Shown one piece after another: positions 8,601-16,002 of a DNA stretch of 64,000 nucleotides. The DNA is taken from the IMG/VR virus record IMGVR_UViG_3300025913_000019, one strand, 5' to 3'. The stretch comes from a virus. Taxonomy: Duplodnaviria; Caudoviricetes. Every line of letters starts with the position of its first letter. Positions within the stretch are counted from its first letter, which is position 1. The translations under genes were made by a program, and so were the position numbers. The notes under the pieces are model-generated. The model did not search any database, had not been told where the DNA came from, and saw nothing but the letters and a program-made list of their open reading frames with translations.

Positions 8601-10319
8601 AGCCACGACGTCAGTACCGAGAATCTGCGGTTGCGAGCCGGAGATCATGGGCGTGACGGCGAGCGTCAGGTACGACGGGACGACATTGACACCGTCGGTC
8701 ACGTTATAGGTCACGGTCGGAACCGGACCCACGTAGTCCTGTGCGGGAGCGAACGACCACGTGCCGTCCGAAGCGATGCTGATCTGGCCGTAGGTCGTGG
8801 ACCCGACCGTGATGGTGGTCGTGCCCGTGAACGTGCCGGTCATGCCGGCGACCGTGTAGCCTGCGATCGAGGGCGTGGTCTCGTAGTCGAAGGCCAGGCG
8901 GTAGATCAGGTTGCCGCTGACCGTCGTGTTCGTTGGCGTGCCGCTGTTGACGAACGAGACGATCGGCGCCTGGTTCGTGCCTGTGACCGTGATGGTCAGG
9001 TGGTTGGTGCGGATGCCACCCTTGCCGTCGGCCATCACGTAGGTGATGATCTCGTGCCCGATGTCGCCCGTGTTGAGCGCACGCGCACCCTGGCCCAGCG
9101 TGAACGTCCAGTTGCCGGATGTCGGATCGACGAAGAAGACGCCGAGGGTCAGCTGCACAGAACCCTGGGTCGGGTCGTAGGTGGTGAAGGCACCACCGTC
9201 GTTCGTGTAGCCGATGGTCTGCAGCGTCAGCGGATCGGCATCCGGGTCCGAGATCGTCGAGTACAGGTTGCCCGTGAGCTGACCTGCCGAGTCGAGCGTA
9301 CCGACCGTGTAGTCGGTGCCCGTGGGCGGACGATTGAAGCCTTGCTGCGAGAGCCAGGTCGTGAGCTCGCCCAGGTTCCACTGGTAGACCGTGCCGTTGA
9401 TGACGACCGGCATCTGCGCGCTGGTCGACGGCAGACTGGGGATGTGCGGCAGGTTGGTCAGGTCCTGACCGCCACCGCCACCCTCGTTGATGACGGTCGT
9501 GGTCGGGACGTAGATGCCCAGGCGGTCGCCGTTGTTCGACGCACGAGTCAGCGGAGCGTTCAGCGTCAGGACCATGTTGCCATGGCCGTCAGGTGTCGCC
9601 GCCGTCACGTAGCGGACAGCCGCAGCGTTGATGCCGTCCTGGAACTGGAGCAGCAGAGACCCGACCGTAGTGAAGTTCAGCGACCCGTAGTCGCTGAGAG
9701 TGATGGTGACGGCGGTGACACTGTTGCCGACGGTGACGACGTCGTTGCTCTTGTCGTAGGCGTCGAAGGTCCAGAGACCCAGGCGGTCGGTGTAGGCCAG
9801 GAATGGCTTGGCACTGCCGTACGCCTGGACGATGAAGACGTTCGGGTTCGAGTTGACGCTGTAGGGCAGGGCTTCCGGGCCGGCAGCGACGCTCACCTTG
9901 TTGATGTTGGACTGGCTGACGTTCGCCCACATCTGGTAGTTCGATCCCACCATGGGGACGAACGCGTCGATGACAATCGCACCACCCGCGTTGGTGTTGA
10001 CGTCGAGCGGAGTCTTTGTCACCAGCGTGTCGAGCACCAGGACGGCGAACAGCGTCGACCCGTAGTAGTAGCCGATCTCACCGAAGGTGTACGGGCCATC
10101 GCTCTGACCCAGCAGCGTCGGATACAGGACCGTGTTCGAGGTCTGGATCACCGGGGCACCCGGGACCCCAGTGGCGACGACCGAGCCTTGCAGTGCGGTT
10201 TGACCCGCGGTTGGGATGTAGCCGTATGCGGAGCCGAGCTTGTAGCTCGTCAGCACGATGGGCGACTCCGACGCTGCCATGAGGGCGACGCCGGCGTCCG
10301 TGATCTGGATGTGGCTCAT
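5643..10319 (-). CDS. Large tail fibre/adhesin (1558 aa): anchor domain, cadherin/VCBS-like Ig repeats, parallel beta-helix, Ig-like repeats, C-terminal beta-sandwich
   Basis: MSHIQITDAG anchor; NRPPTGTD..DPDADPLT and NQAPIV cadherin-like repeats; IHHNWLD/VWNNIILN beta-helix repeats; PVNTSLPTISGTAQVGNVLTCNPGTW Ig repeat. Confidence 0.85.
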   Translation of the reverse strand: MSHIQITDAGVALMAASESPIVLTSYKLGSAYGYIPTAGQTALQGSVVATGVPGAPVIQTSNTVLYPTLLGQSDGPYTFGEIGYYYGSTLFAVLVLDTLVTKTPLDVNTNAGGAIVIDAFVPMVGSNYQMWANVSQSNINKVSVAAGPEALPYSVNSNPNVFIVQAYGSAKPFLAYTDRLGLWTFDAYDKSNDVVTVGNSVTAVTITLSDYGSLNFTTVGSLLLQFQDGINAAAVRYVTAATPDGHGNMVLTLNAPLTRASNNGDRLGIYVPTTTVINEGGGGGQDLTNLPHIPSLPSTSAQMPVVINGTVYQWNLGELTTWLSQQGFNRPPTGTDYTVGTLDSAGQLTGNLYSTISDPDADPLTLQTIGYTNDGGAFTTYDPTQGSVQLTLGVFFVDPTSGNWTFTLGQGARALNTGDIGHEIITYVMADGKGGIRTNHLTITVTGTNQAPIVSFVNSGTPTNTTVSGNLIYRLAFDYETTPSIAGYTVAGMTGTFTGTTTITVGSTTYGQISIASDGTWSFAPAQDYVGPVPTVTYNVTDGVNVVPSYLTLAVTPMISGSQPQILGTDVVAGPTTGGENNQGMYLTIYGRRFGPNSGIGTNTKVFIGGVEVVHYIQMVDDQLAPKFSGLQRIDVRVGALGSPVQGEALHIKVTYGGQDSNQDFTFTPNPGRFLYVSHAGNDTTAVVGDITHPFRMLQYPTRTQRSVYTELLAGDTVIIMDSDGQPWTDIGYNSTWFRFRDPQQQGKAPTGQAGTGWMTFKGYPGQYIHYITTGNDLAGGLQGPGSAFTGTCGDWVAVSNLNMEVQGGSRRDAGPINMQYNSERWRITGCNLGPWVAGSSAVLNAACITGEGNFIYIAFNKMHDIEGTSALQNHGIYAGTTSYGWEICFNWITNCIGGSHIQFNDSDGGTNIFQTPYGVWTGFTNIKIHHNWLDTSAKYGILFADINTGNGGQLDFLVWNNIILNTGLAPLRLNTNTTTSSGLYAFNTCYNCVQVDQAGTGNGFLRNEGNQSAPGHVIRAYNNIFACGPQTTTNAMHWFVASSDSTGSDGYDLKRNVYWAAGRTIPNDSTETMGIYGDPLFTNVSTADFSLQASSPALNAGTYPLGSLLNVVDDFTAMNTRLYGGAPDCGALERAVSTPFNITAPAFSGGPQVGVSTSGGLGTWGNSPTSYRTDWTVNDVIKASFFNSSGTSSYTPVAADVRYVLKEVVTATNGSGSSQFTRVIGTIAMGVGGPVNTSLPTISGTAQVGNVLTCNPGTWSGSITGGFLYQWYRVVSGVATALGSPTSSTTYTCTNGDYQNTLLCEVQAVNTTTGNGIVRSGQTATVIAGVANPTLVSGQVATAVPTSNTNNTISMPNPVSSGNAIVCVAQSWDNAPDNGRITDTQGNVYAGFGSGSTGTYTMYARAPVPDSNNPNSQFFAVRLTADQTTYTTTYNPAAIASGALIFVEITGVDVTTLVDVPQSSATSSSHGTAIALVGSTPNTKATDLELVQVTVEGTGVTFSGLPAGWVQVGIISSAFSTLALFANKASTIETLNFSCTASASVGWTAQSLIIKGA

Positions 10320-10327
10320 GGAGGTCC

Positions 10328-10693
10328 TTAAGCGAGGAACTTGAGTTTGTAGATCGCCGACGCGAACGTCTGCTCGATCTCATCGATCTGATTCTGGAGC
10401 ATCGTCTCGTCCTTCGGGACGGCCTTGTAGCGCATCTCGCGGACCATGCGCCAGTACTTCTCGAGCACGAGTGCCGGTGCGGTCGCGTCCGGCTCGTCGT
10501 GCATGTAACCGATGTCGAGCAGCTTCTGGAACCGACCCTGGTACGTCTCGGTCAGCTTGTCAGCCTGCTCGGTCATGGTTTCGTAGAAGCCTTCGAGCGC
10601 CTTGTGCTGCGCGTAGCTCTTGGTCCGAAGGTGGGCGCGGTGCGCGTAGTCGCGGCTGAAGAACAGAAGGGCAATGAGGTCGACGATGTTCAT
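10328..10693 (-). CDS. Ferritin/Dps-like four-helix bundle protein
   Basis: AHRAH...YAQHKALEGFY......DKLTETYQG pattern resembles the Dps ferroxidase-helix signature. Confidence 0.6.
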   Translation of the reverse strand: MNIVDLIALLFFSRDYAHRAHLRTKSYAQHKALEGFYETMTEQADKLTETYQGRFQKLLDIGYMHDEPDATAPALVLEKYWRMVREMRYKAVPKDETMLQNQIDEIEQTFASAIYKLKFLA

Positions 10694-10732
10694 CTTGGCA
10701 CCCGAAAATGGATAGTTTCATGGGGAGGTTGG

Positions 10733-10742
10733 CATAAAATTA
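10733..10742 (-). promoter_or_regulatory. Candidate late promoter box TAATTTTATG
   Basis: AT-rich motif recurring upstream of minus-strand virion genes; lies in the divergent intergenic region. Confidence 0.5.
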
Positions 10743-10765
10743 GAGGACGCCGACCAGACTGAAAC

Positions 10766-10773
10766 GGTAAATA
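10766..10773 (+). promoter_or_regulatory. Candidate phage promoter box GGTAAATA (variant of TGTAAATA)
   Basis: 16 nt upstream of the Cas4-like ATG at the start of the plus-strand block. Confidence 0.45.
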
Positions 10774-10789
10774 CGACCTGAGGTACCCC

Positions 10790-11647
10790 ATGAAAATCTC
10801 GCCATCAAGGACGGGTAGTGCCGAGTTCCTCAAAGTCTTCAAGACTGCGATCGACGAGGCTACCGTCATCCACAAAGCCGACCCGAGTCGGCTCTTCAAG
10901 TTGCGCTGTTCGCAGCTTCCATACTGCCCCCGATCCGTCATCATGAACTACGTGACGCTCGGCATGTACCAGTCTATGGACATGATGATGGCCTACTACG
11001 TGGGCGTCGGGCATGCTGTTCACAACGTCATGCAGACCTATCTGGCGACGACCGGGGTTCTGCTGGCTGACTACTACTGCCGCGAGTGTCGCAAGAAGTA
11101 TCCCTTCTCGCACCGACACGAGTGCTGCGGCTTCCCGACCCAGTACGAGGAAGTCACCATCGACTACAAGGGGATCGGCGGCCACATCGACGCCATCTTC
11201 AAGGACTCGAAGGGCAAGTACTGGATCGTTGACTTCAAGACCTGCAGCGTCGCCGGCGCGAAAAAGAAGAAGGTCAATCCGGGCGCGAACTACAAGCGAC
11301 AGGTCAGGGCCTACGCCTACTTGCTGTGGAAGCAGTACGGCATCAAGGTCGAGGGCGTGATGCTCGTCTTCCTGCCCAGGGACAACCCGCGGGTCCCCAC
11401 CATTTGGGAACTGCGGATGAACGAGCACCACTACGAGGAAGCGCGGAAGGAGCTGAGCGCGGACCGCAAGCTCCACAAGCGTACCATGGTGGCGTCCACG
11501 TGGGAAGAGGTGCGCGATCTCTTCATGACCAACTGCGGCGGCGAGTACTGCGATCATTGCAAGAAGCCGGCCAAGATGTTGCTGGCAGACCTGAAGCCCA
11601 AGCTGTCGAAGCTGCCGATCAAGAAGGCGGAGGCGGCTCATGTCTGA
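10790..11647 (+). CDS. Cas4-like PD-(D/E)XK exonuclease with Fe-S cysteines
   Basis: CSQLPYCPRS; GHIDAIF...IVDFKT; QVRAYAYLL; C-terminal CGGEYCDHC. Confidence 0.85.
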   Translation: MKISPSRTGSAEFLKVFKTAIDEATVIHKADPSRLFKLRCSQLPYCPRSVIMNYVTLGMYQSMDMMMAYYVGVGHAVHNVMQTYLATTGVLLADYYCRECRKKYPFSHRHECCGFPTQYEEVTIDYKGIGGHIDAIFKDSKGKYWIVDFKTCSVAGAKKKKVNPGANYKRQVRAYAYLLWKQYGIKVEGVMLVFLPRDNPRVPTIWELRMNEHHYEEARKELSADRKLHKRTMVASTWEEVRDLFMTNCGGEYCDHCKKPAKMLLADLKPKLSKLPIKKAEAAHV

Positions 11648-11867
11648 CGGCAGGCCCCCGTACATGCGGCGCTCCCTTGACCGCGCGGAGGAGCGCTGCG
11701 TCAGGTTGGAGAAGGAGTTGCACGACGAACTCAACAAGTTTGGAACGACAACGTTCGGTCGATGTATGACTCTCGCACAGGCATACGTCGAACGAGCACG
11801 AGAGCGGCGAGGCCGCAGACAAGCGACGCCGGAAGACGATCGCATTCTCAAGAAGGTGAACGAATGA
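11640..11867 (+). CDS. Hypothetical protein (75 aa)
   Basis: Overlapping operon packing on both sides. Confidence 0.6.
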   Translation: MSDGRPPYMRRSLDRAEERCVRLEKELHDELNKFGTTTFGRCMTLAQAYVERARERRGRRQATPEDDRILKKVNE

Positions 11868-12541
11868 GTGACTATCTCCCTGGCGTAGGCACGAGCGCTG
11901 CGAAGATCATCTCCTACCTGCATCTGATTCCCGAGGATGCGGAGGTCGGTTCGGCCACGATCTCCGAGGCTACAGGTGTGAGCAGTGCCGACATCATCAA
12001 CAGCGGTGATCGCTGTGTCATGGCTGGCTACATGCTCAGGACGAAGGTCGGCTACAAGTACTTCTACAAGCGCGGCCACAAGAGCCCGCCTCAGGAGTAC
12101 ATCGAGCGTCATCGTCCCGCGAAGATGCCCGAGCTCGACTACGTGCCCAAGGCGACGAACGGTCACGAGGGTGCGGCACAGATCGTCGTCGGCCAGGTCA
12201 TGGGTTCGGGCTTCAATCCGGGCCCGCCGCAAGGCAAGCCTGAGGAGTCGTCGCTGACCAAGAAGTTCGCCGACCCGCGAATCCTCGACGACGAAGAGCG
12301 CTCGCCCGTCATGGAGATGCGCGACAAGATCATGACCGAGGGTGTGCCTCCTGCCAGGGAGAAGACGAAGATGATGAAGGTTCCGGTCGCGGCTACCGAC
12401 ATGAAGGTCGGCATCTTCAGCGACGGCTCGCTGACGATCGAACGCCGTGGCCGCACCGAGAACTACAGCCCTGAAGAAGTCGTGACGCTCGTGCGGTTCC
12501 TGGATCGCATGATGCTCAAGAACGGGAGTATCGCGCAATGA
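11864..12541 (+). CDS. Hypothetical protein with possible N-terminal winged HTH
   Basis: ATGA-coupled start at 11864 (MSDYLPG); IISYL...SATISEATGVS...GYMLRTK pattern. Confidence 0.65.
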   Translation: MSDYLPGVGTSAAKIISYLHLIPEDAEVGSATISEATGVSSADIINSGDRCVMAGYMLRTKVGYKYFYKRGHKSPPQEYIERHRPAKMPELDYVPKATNGHEGAAQIVVGQVMGSGFNPGPPQGKPEESSLTKKFADPRILDDEERSPVMEMRDKIMTEGVPPAREKTKMMKVPVAATDMKVGIFSDGSLTIERRGRTENYSPEEVVTLVRFLDRMMLKNGSIAQ

Positions 12542-12903
12542 ATGACATGAACCACAACGGCCGACTGCACATGCCACTGATGACGCAGACGGCGAGTCCA
12601 TTCAATGAGCCGGAAGCGCCGCAGACGACGTGGCTGACGCGGGCCCAGGACTTCCTGGGTCTGACAGCGACTCCGCTGAATCGGACCAAGCTCCGCAACC
12701 TCCAGTACATGGTCGAGAACGAGATGACGACCCTGGGTCGAGTCAGTCTCGATCACTGCCTGGCCATCGTCTTCATCGAGGCGCTGCTGCACAACATCGA
12801 GGTCGCAACCGCGAACACGGAGCGTCGGCCGCTCAACAAGGAAGCACAGTACAAGGCTGCGCTGTTCAACCAGTTCAACAACCGCGAAGGACGCATCACA
12901 TGA
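12538..12903 (+). CDS. Hypothetical protein (121 aa)
   Basis: ATGA coupling on both ends. Confidence 0.7.
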   Translation: MNDMNHNGRLHMPLMTQTASPFNEPEAPQTTWLTRAQDFLGLTATPLNRTKLRNLQYMVENEMTTLGRVSLDHCLAIVFIEALLHNIEVATANTERRPLNKEAQYKAALFNQFNNREGRIT

Positions 12904-13118
12904 CCAAGCGCGTTCAGATCACTGCCAAGCACGCAATCGTTAGTGACGTGTGCCGCCGCAACAAGACGGCAGCCGGGGCTGTGGATGAGGCTCTGGAGCG
13001 TCTCCGAGCAGAGGCCATGCGTATCATCGCAAAACGTGGTGACGACCGTGGCGACGAGTTGCACTTCATCCTCCAGGTCGAGAGGGACAGTTCGATTTCC
13101 AACGTGGAGAAACCATGA
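12900..13118 (+). CDS. Hypothetical protein (72 aa, MTKRVQ)
   Basis: ATGA-coupled start at 12900. Confidence 0.65.
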   Translation: MTKRVQITAKHAIVSDVCRRNKTAAGAVDEALERLRAEAMRIIAKRGDDRGDELHFILQVERDSSISNVEKP

Positions 13119-13330
13119 GAATCAAGAGCATCAAGGTGACGGTGAGCCGCACCGTGCAGGTGGATCGCTTCGAACCCGTGCAGGTCACGATCGAAGAAGC
13201 GGCCGACCTGGAACCTGACGACGACATCGAGACCTGCGAGTTCGAGCTCTACAAGCAGGTGACCAAGCGCGTCAAGAAGTGCATCGACAACGAAGTGGCG
13301 AAGTACGCCAAGAGCAAGAAGGACGACTGA
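13115..13330 (+). CDS. Hypothetical protein (71 aa)
   Basis: ATGA coupling; phage-like codon usage. Confidence 0.75.
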   Translation: MRIKSIKVTVSRTVQVDRFEPVQVTIEEAADLEPDDDIETCEFELYKQVTKRVKKCIDNEVAKYAKSKKDD

Positions 13331-13331
13331 C

Positions 13332-13763
13332 ATGACCGACCTCACACTTTTCGAGCAGCTGAAGGCTGTGGCCAAGGCGCACGCCCCGTTCGGCGGCCGA
13401 CTCTACTACTTCCAAGCGTCGGGCTCCAAGCCGACCTACGAAGGCGAAGCCACGACGGGCATCGAGTTCCATCGCAGCGATGCGGTCAAGATGCGTGCCT
13501 TCAAGCCCGGTGACACCATCGGCGAGTACTCGATCATGCTGCGCTTCACGAGCAGCAACATGACGGTCGCTGAAGTCGAGCCGTTCATGGTCGAGGCCGA
13601 AGCCGTGGTCGTCGAGAAGATGCTCCAAGGTGCGGGCTCTGATCCGGACCTGCGGCTCTGGCATCGTGGCTGGGTCGTGGCTCCGATCAACGACTCAACG
13701 GTCGACTTCCACATCTCGACGGCGGTGGCCGCGATTCGTCTCCCGAGCAAGGAGGCAGCATGA
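13332..13763 (+). CDS. Hypothetical protein (143 aa)
   Basis: Tight operon packing. Confidence 0.7.
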   Translation: MTDLTLFEQLKAVAKAHAPFGGRLYYFQASGSKPTYEGEATTGIEFHRSDAVKMRAFKPGDTIGEYSIMLRFTSSNMTVAEVEPFMVEAEAVVVEKMLQGAGSDPDLRLWHRGWVVAPINDSTVDFHISTAVAAIRLPSKEAA

Positions 13764-14101
13764 TCCAGGTGATGACGAACAAGGGGCTCCAGACGCTGCC
13801 ACGGCAGAACTCGTACTGGAAGCACAGGAATGGCAACATCTACAAGGTCATCGATGTCACGAACCTGAGCGACCGCCAGGATCAGTACCCGGTCACCATC
13901 AACTACGTGGGGCCGAACGGGAAGAAGTGGTCGAAGACCGCGTTCGACTGGTTCGACAAGATGACGCCGCTGACCGATGTCGTCGTCGACTGGCTCAACC
14001 GCCACGAGGGCCAGGTCCTGACGCTCGAGCTCATCGTCGAGTTCGAGGCCGTGTGGCGCGGCATGATGCAGGAGGCCGGCGATGGCGACGAAAAGATTTG
14101 A
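13760..14101 (+). CDS. DUF1653-like protein
   Basis: YWKHRNGNIYKVIDV...VTINYVGPNGKKW resembles the DUF1653 SH3-like motif. Confidence 0.6.
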   Translation: MIQVMTNKGLQTLPRQNSYWKHRNGNIYKVIDVTNLSDRQDQYPVTINYVGPNGKKWSKTAFDWFDKMTPLTDVVVDWLNRHEGQVLTLELIVEFEAVWRGMMQEAGDGDEKI

Positions 14102-14390
14102 AGGCGCCGCCGAGCGCGCGGTCAAGCCCTTCATGGACAACTGGTGCCGGAACGCGGCTGCGGCCAGGCCGTACTACGTCCCGGTCGTGGACGAGGACAG
14201 CGGCGAGGTCATCGGTCGCGCATGGCCATCGTCCGTCGGCGATCTCACGGCAGAGCCGATGTCCCATGTCGTGACCGTCACCTTCACCTTCGACTACGAG
14301 GCCTTCGATGGACGACGACAAGACGCTGCTGGAACTCCTCCAGCTCCCGCACAACAAGTGGACTCCGGAGACGCTGCAACGGATTCGTGA
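14082..14390 (+). CDS. Hypothetical protein (102 aa); overlaps the next gene by about 80 nt
   Basis: Fills the gap 14101-14308; 3' boundary uncertain. Confidence 0.5.
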   Translation: MATKRFEGAAERAVKPFMDNWCRNAAAARPYYVPVVDEDSGEVIGRAWPSSVGDLTAEPMSHVVTVTFTFDYEAFDGRRQDAAGTPPAPAQQVDSGDAATDS

Positions 14391-14733
14391 GCACTACAAG
14401 CCACGCAAACTCAAGGTCATCATGACCTCGGCTCACGTCAAGGAGTACATGGACAACTACGGCGTCGACCTGACCAAGACGGACTGGATCGAGGTCCACG
14501 ATGGTCAGCCGGCGCTGGGCTCGGACTCCGTGTCGATTCAGTTCGACGAGAACGGCAAGTCGACGCCGTTGTTCAGTGGCGGCTTTGCGAACTTTGACCC
14601 GACTGCGCTCTCGACCATGCCAACGTTCGGGTTCAGTGGCAACGAAGGCATCCAGCAGGAGTATCGCGTCGCCAAGAAGTACGAGCCGAAGAAGAATCAA
14701 CCCTGGTACAGACGCCACGCTAAAAGGCGCTGA
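14308..14733 (+). CDS. Hypothetical protein (141 aa)
   Basis: Phage-like codon usage. Confidence 0.65.
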   Translation: MDDDKTLLELLQLPHNKWTPETLQRIREHYKPRKLKVIMTSAHVKEYMDNYGVDLTKTDWIEVHDGQPALGSDSVSIQFDENGKSTPLFSGGFANFDPTALSTMPTFGFSGNEGIQQEYRVAKKYEPKKNQPWYRRHAKRR

Positions 14734-14756
14734 CCACTCACCACACAGAGGACATC

Positions 14757-15518
14757 ATGAACGAAGACCAAACCCAACAGCCGATCATCGACCCCTCGAT
14801 GCCGGCTGTTCTCGACTCTGAACTCCTGATCGGCATCACGGGCCCGGTCGGAGAGCAGACCTACCTCATCATGGATCGCACGGTCCGGGTCAAGGTCACC
14901 GAGGCCGAGATGCGCGAGATCCTGAAGGGTCCGTACTCGCTGCCGACGATCGCCGAGTTCTACATGATGGCCGAGAACCTGCAGCAGGCGATGCCCGACG
15001 GCATCTACTACCTGCACGGCACTACCATCGACGACATGCTGGACCTGCGCCGTGGCTGCGGTGACCTGGCCGTCATGATCGACCACGGTCGTATCCGCAC
15101 CCTGTTCGGCCCCACAGCTGGCGAGCGCGATGCGATCCTGGTGCGCCGTCCTCGTGTCCAGACGCGGATGGCCGAGCATGGTCCCCTGCGCAAGGTCAAC
15201 GCGCCGCGCATCGCCTTCCTCCAACCGGGCAAGGACCCGCGGTCGTGGAAGCTGATCGTCGAAAGCGTGCAGGTCCTGGACTCGACCAGCGGCAAGTCCT
15301 GGGAGCAAGCGCAGGACATGGAGTCGCAGATCAACGCGAACTTCGCGCGATCGCAGCCCGTGATCGACCAGCAGCGCTGGAAGAAGCTCGAGCGCAACTC
15401 GACGGTGATCCATCCCGACCACAACCACCTCAAGGGCTCGACGCTGATCCGGGTCACGGGCCAGGGCGATACCGTCGAGAAGATCCTCGACTCGATCAGA
15501 GAGAACAAGGTGCTGTGA
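14757..15518 (+). CDS. Hypothetical protein (253 aa)
   Basis: SD GAGGAC before the ATG. Confidence 0.75.
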   Translation: MNEDQTQQPIIDPSMPAVLDSELLIGITGPVGEQTYLIMDRTVRVKVTEAEMREILKGPYSLPTIAEFYMMAENLQQAMPDGIYYLHGTTIDDMLDLRRGCGDLAVMIDHGRIRTLFGPTAGERDAILVRRPRVQTRMAEHGPLRKVNAPRIAFLQPGKDPRSWKLIVESVQVLDSTSGKSWEQAQDMESQINANFARSQPVIDQQRWKKLERNSTVIHPDHNHLKGSTLIRVTGQGDTVEKILDSIRENKVL

Positions 15519-15733
15519 TGGCGAGGCGCAGCGAAGCAGAAACGTGGGCTGTCCTAGCCTTCGTGCTCGTGGTGCTGACCGCGGTCGGCGGCTGGTGGTT
15601 CTTCAAGCCGCACGACACCGTGGTCTCCAAGTGCTACGATGGCCAGCTCTGGACCACGTACTGGAAGAAGGGACGGCACAAGGACAAGCTGATCCTGGTC
15701 GACGACAAGCCTGTCCCATGTGTGGAGCAGTGA
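15518..15733 (+). CDS. Small single-TM membrane protein with a two-Cys exported domain (paralog 1)
   Basis: TGATG-coupled start; TM WAVLAFVLVVLTAVGGWWFF; CYDGQLWT...LILVDDKPVPC. Confidence 0.7.
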   Translation: MARRSEAETWAVLAFVLVVLTAVGGWWFFKPHDTVVSKCYDGQLWTTYWKKGRHKDKLILVDDKPVPCVEQ

Positions 15734-15978
15734 TGAGCAACAAAAGCAAAGACGATGATGTGGTCACCACGCTGTGGGTGGTCTGTGCCATCATGGGATT
15801 CGTCTTCGTGATCGACAAGATCCTGACGGCGCCGCCCGATGTGCACGTACCGCCACCTGTCCCGACCGTGCAGACCACGTGTCACGGTGGCCAGGTCTGG
15901 ACCAGCCACTACTTCAGGGGCAGCAACGTGGCGGACAACATGATCCTGGTCAACGGGCAGCCCGTCGACTGTAAATAA
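15733..15978 (+). CDS. Small single-TM membrane protein with a two-Cys exported domain (paralog 2)
   Basis: TGATG-coupled start; TM LWVVCAIMGFVFVI; CHGGQVWT...MILVNGQPVDC. Confidence 0.7.
   Translation: MSNKSKDDDVVTTLWVVCAIMGFVFVIDKILTAPPDVHVPPPVPTVQTTCHGGQVWTSHYFRGSNVADNMILVNGQPVDCK
15970..15977 (+). promoter_or_regulatory. Candidate phage promoter box TGTAAATA
   Basis: 25 nt upstream of the clamp-loader ATG; recurrent motif. Confidence 0.55.
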
Positions 15979-16002
15979 CGAGGTCAAGACAGAGGACACC
16001 AC

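Noticed and set aside
55-10331. Long plus-strand ORFs (55..2133, 2373..5336, 7728..10331)
   Set aside because: Antisense shadows of the GC3-biased tail genes; V/R/G/D-rich nonsense composition with no SD or motifs
5345-10755. N4-like hairpin promoters (late box inside stems at 5345-5376 and about 10726-10755)
   Set aside because: The other four copies of the box have no convincing flanking stem, so hairpin dependence is not supported
10790-11647. CRISPR-Cas locus suggested by the Cas4-like gene
   Set aside because: No cas1/cas2 and no regularly spaced direct repeats seen anywhere in the window
14082-14390. Programmed frameshift or split gene at the 14082/14308 overlap
   Set aside because: No slippery heptamer seen; simple overlap or a later start explains it
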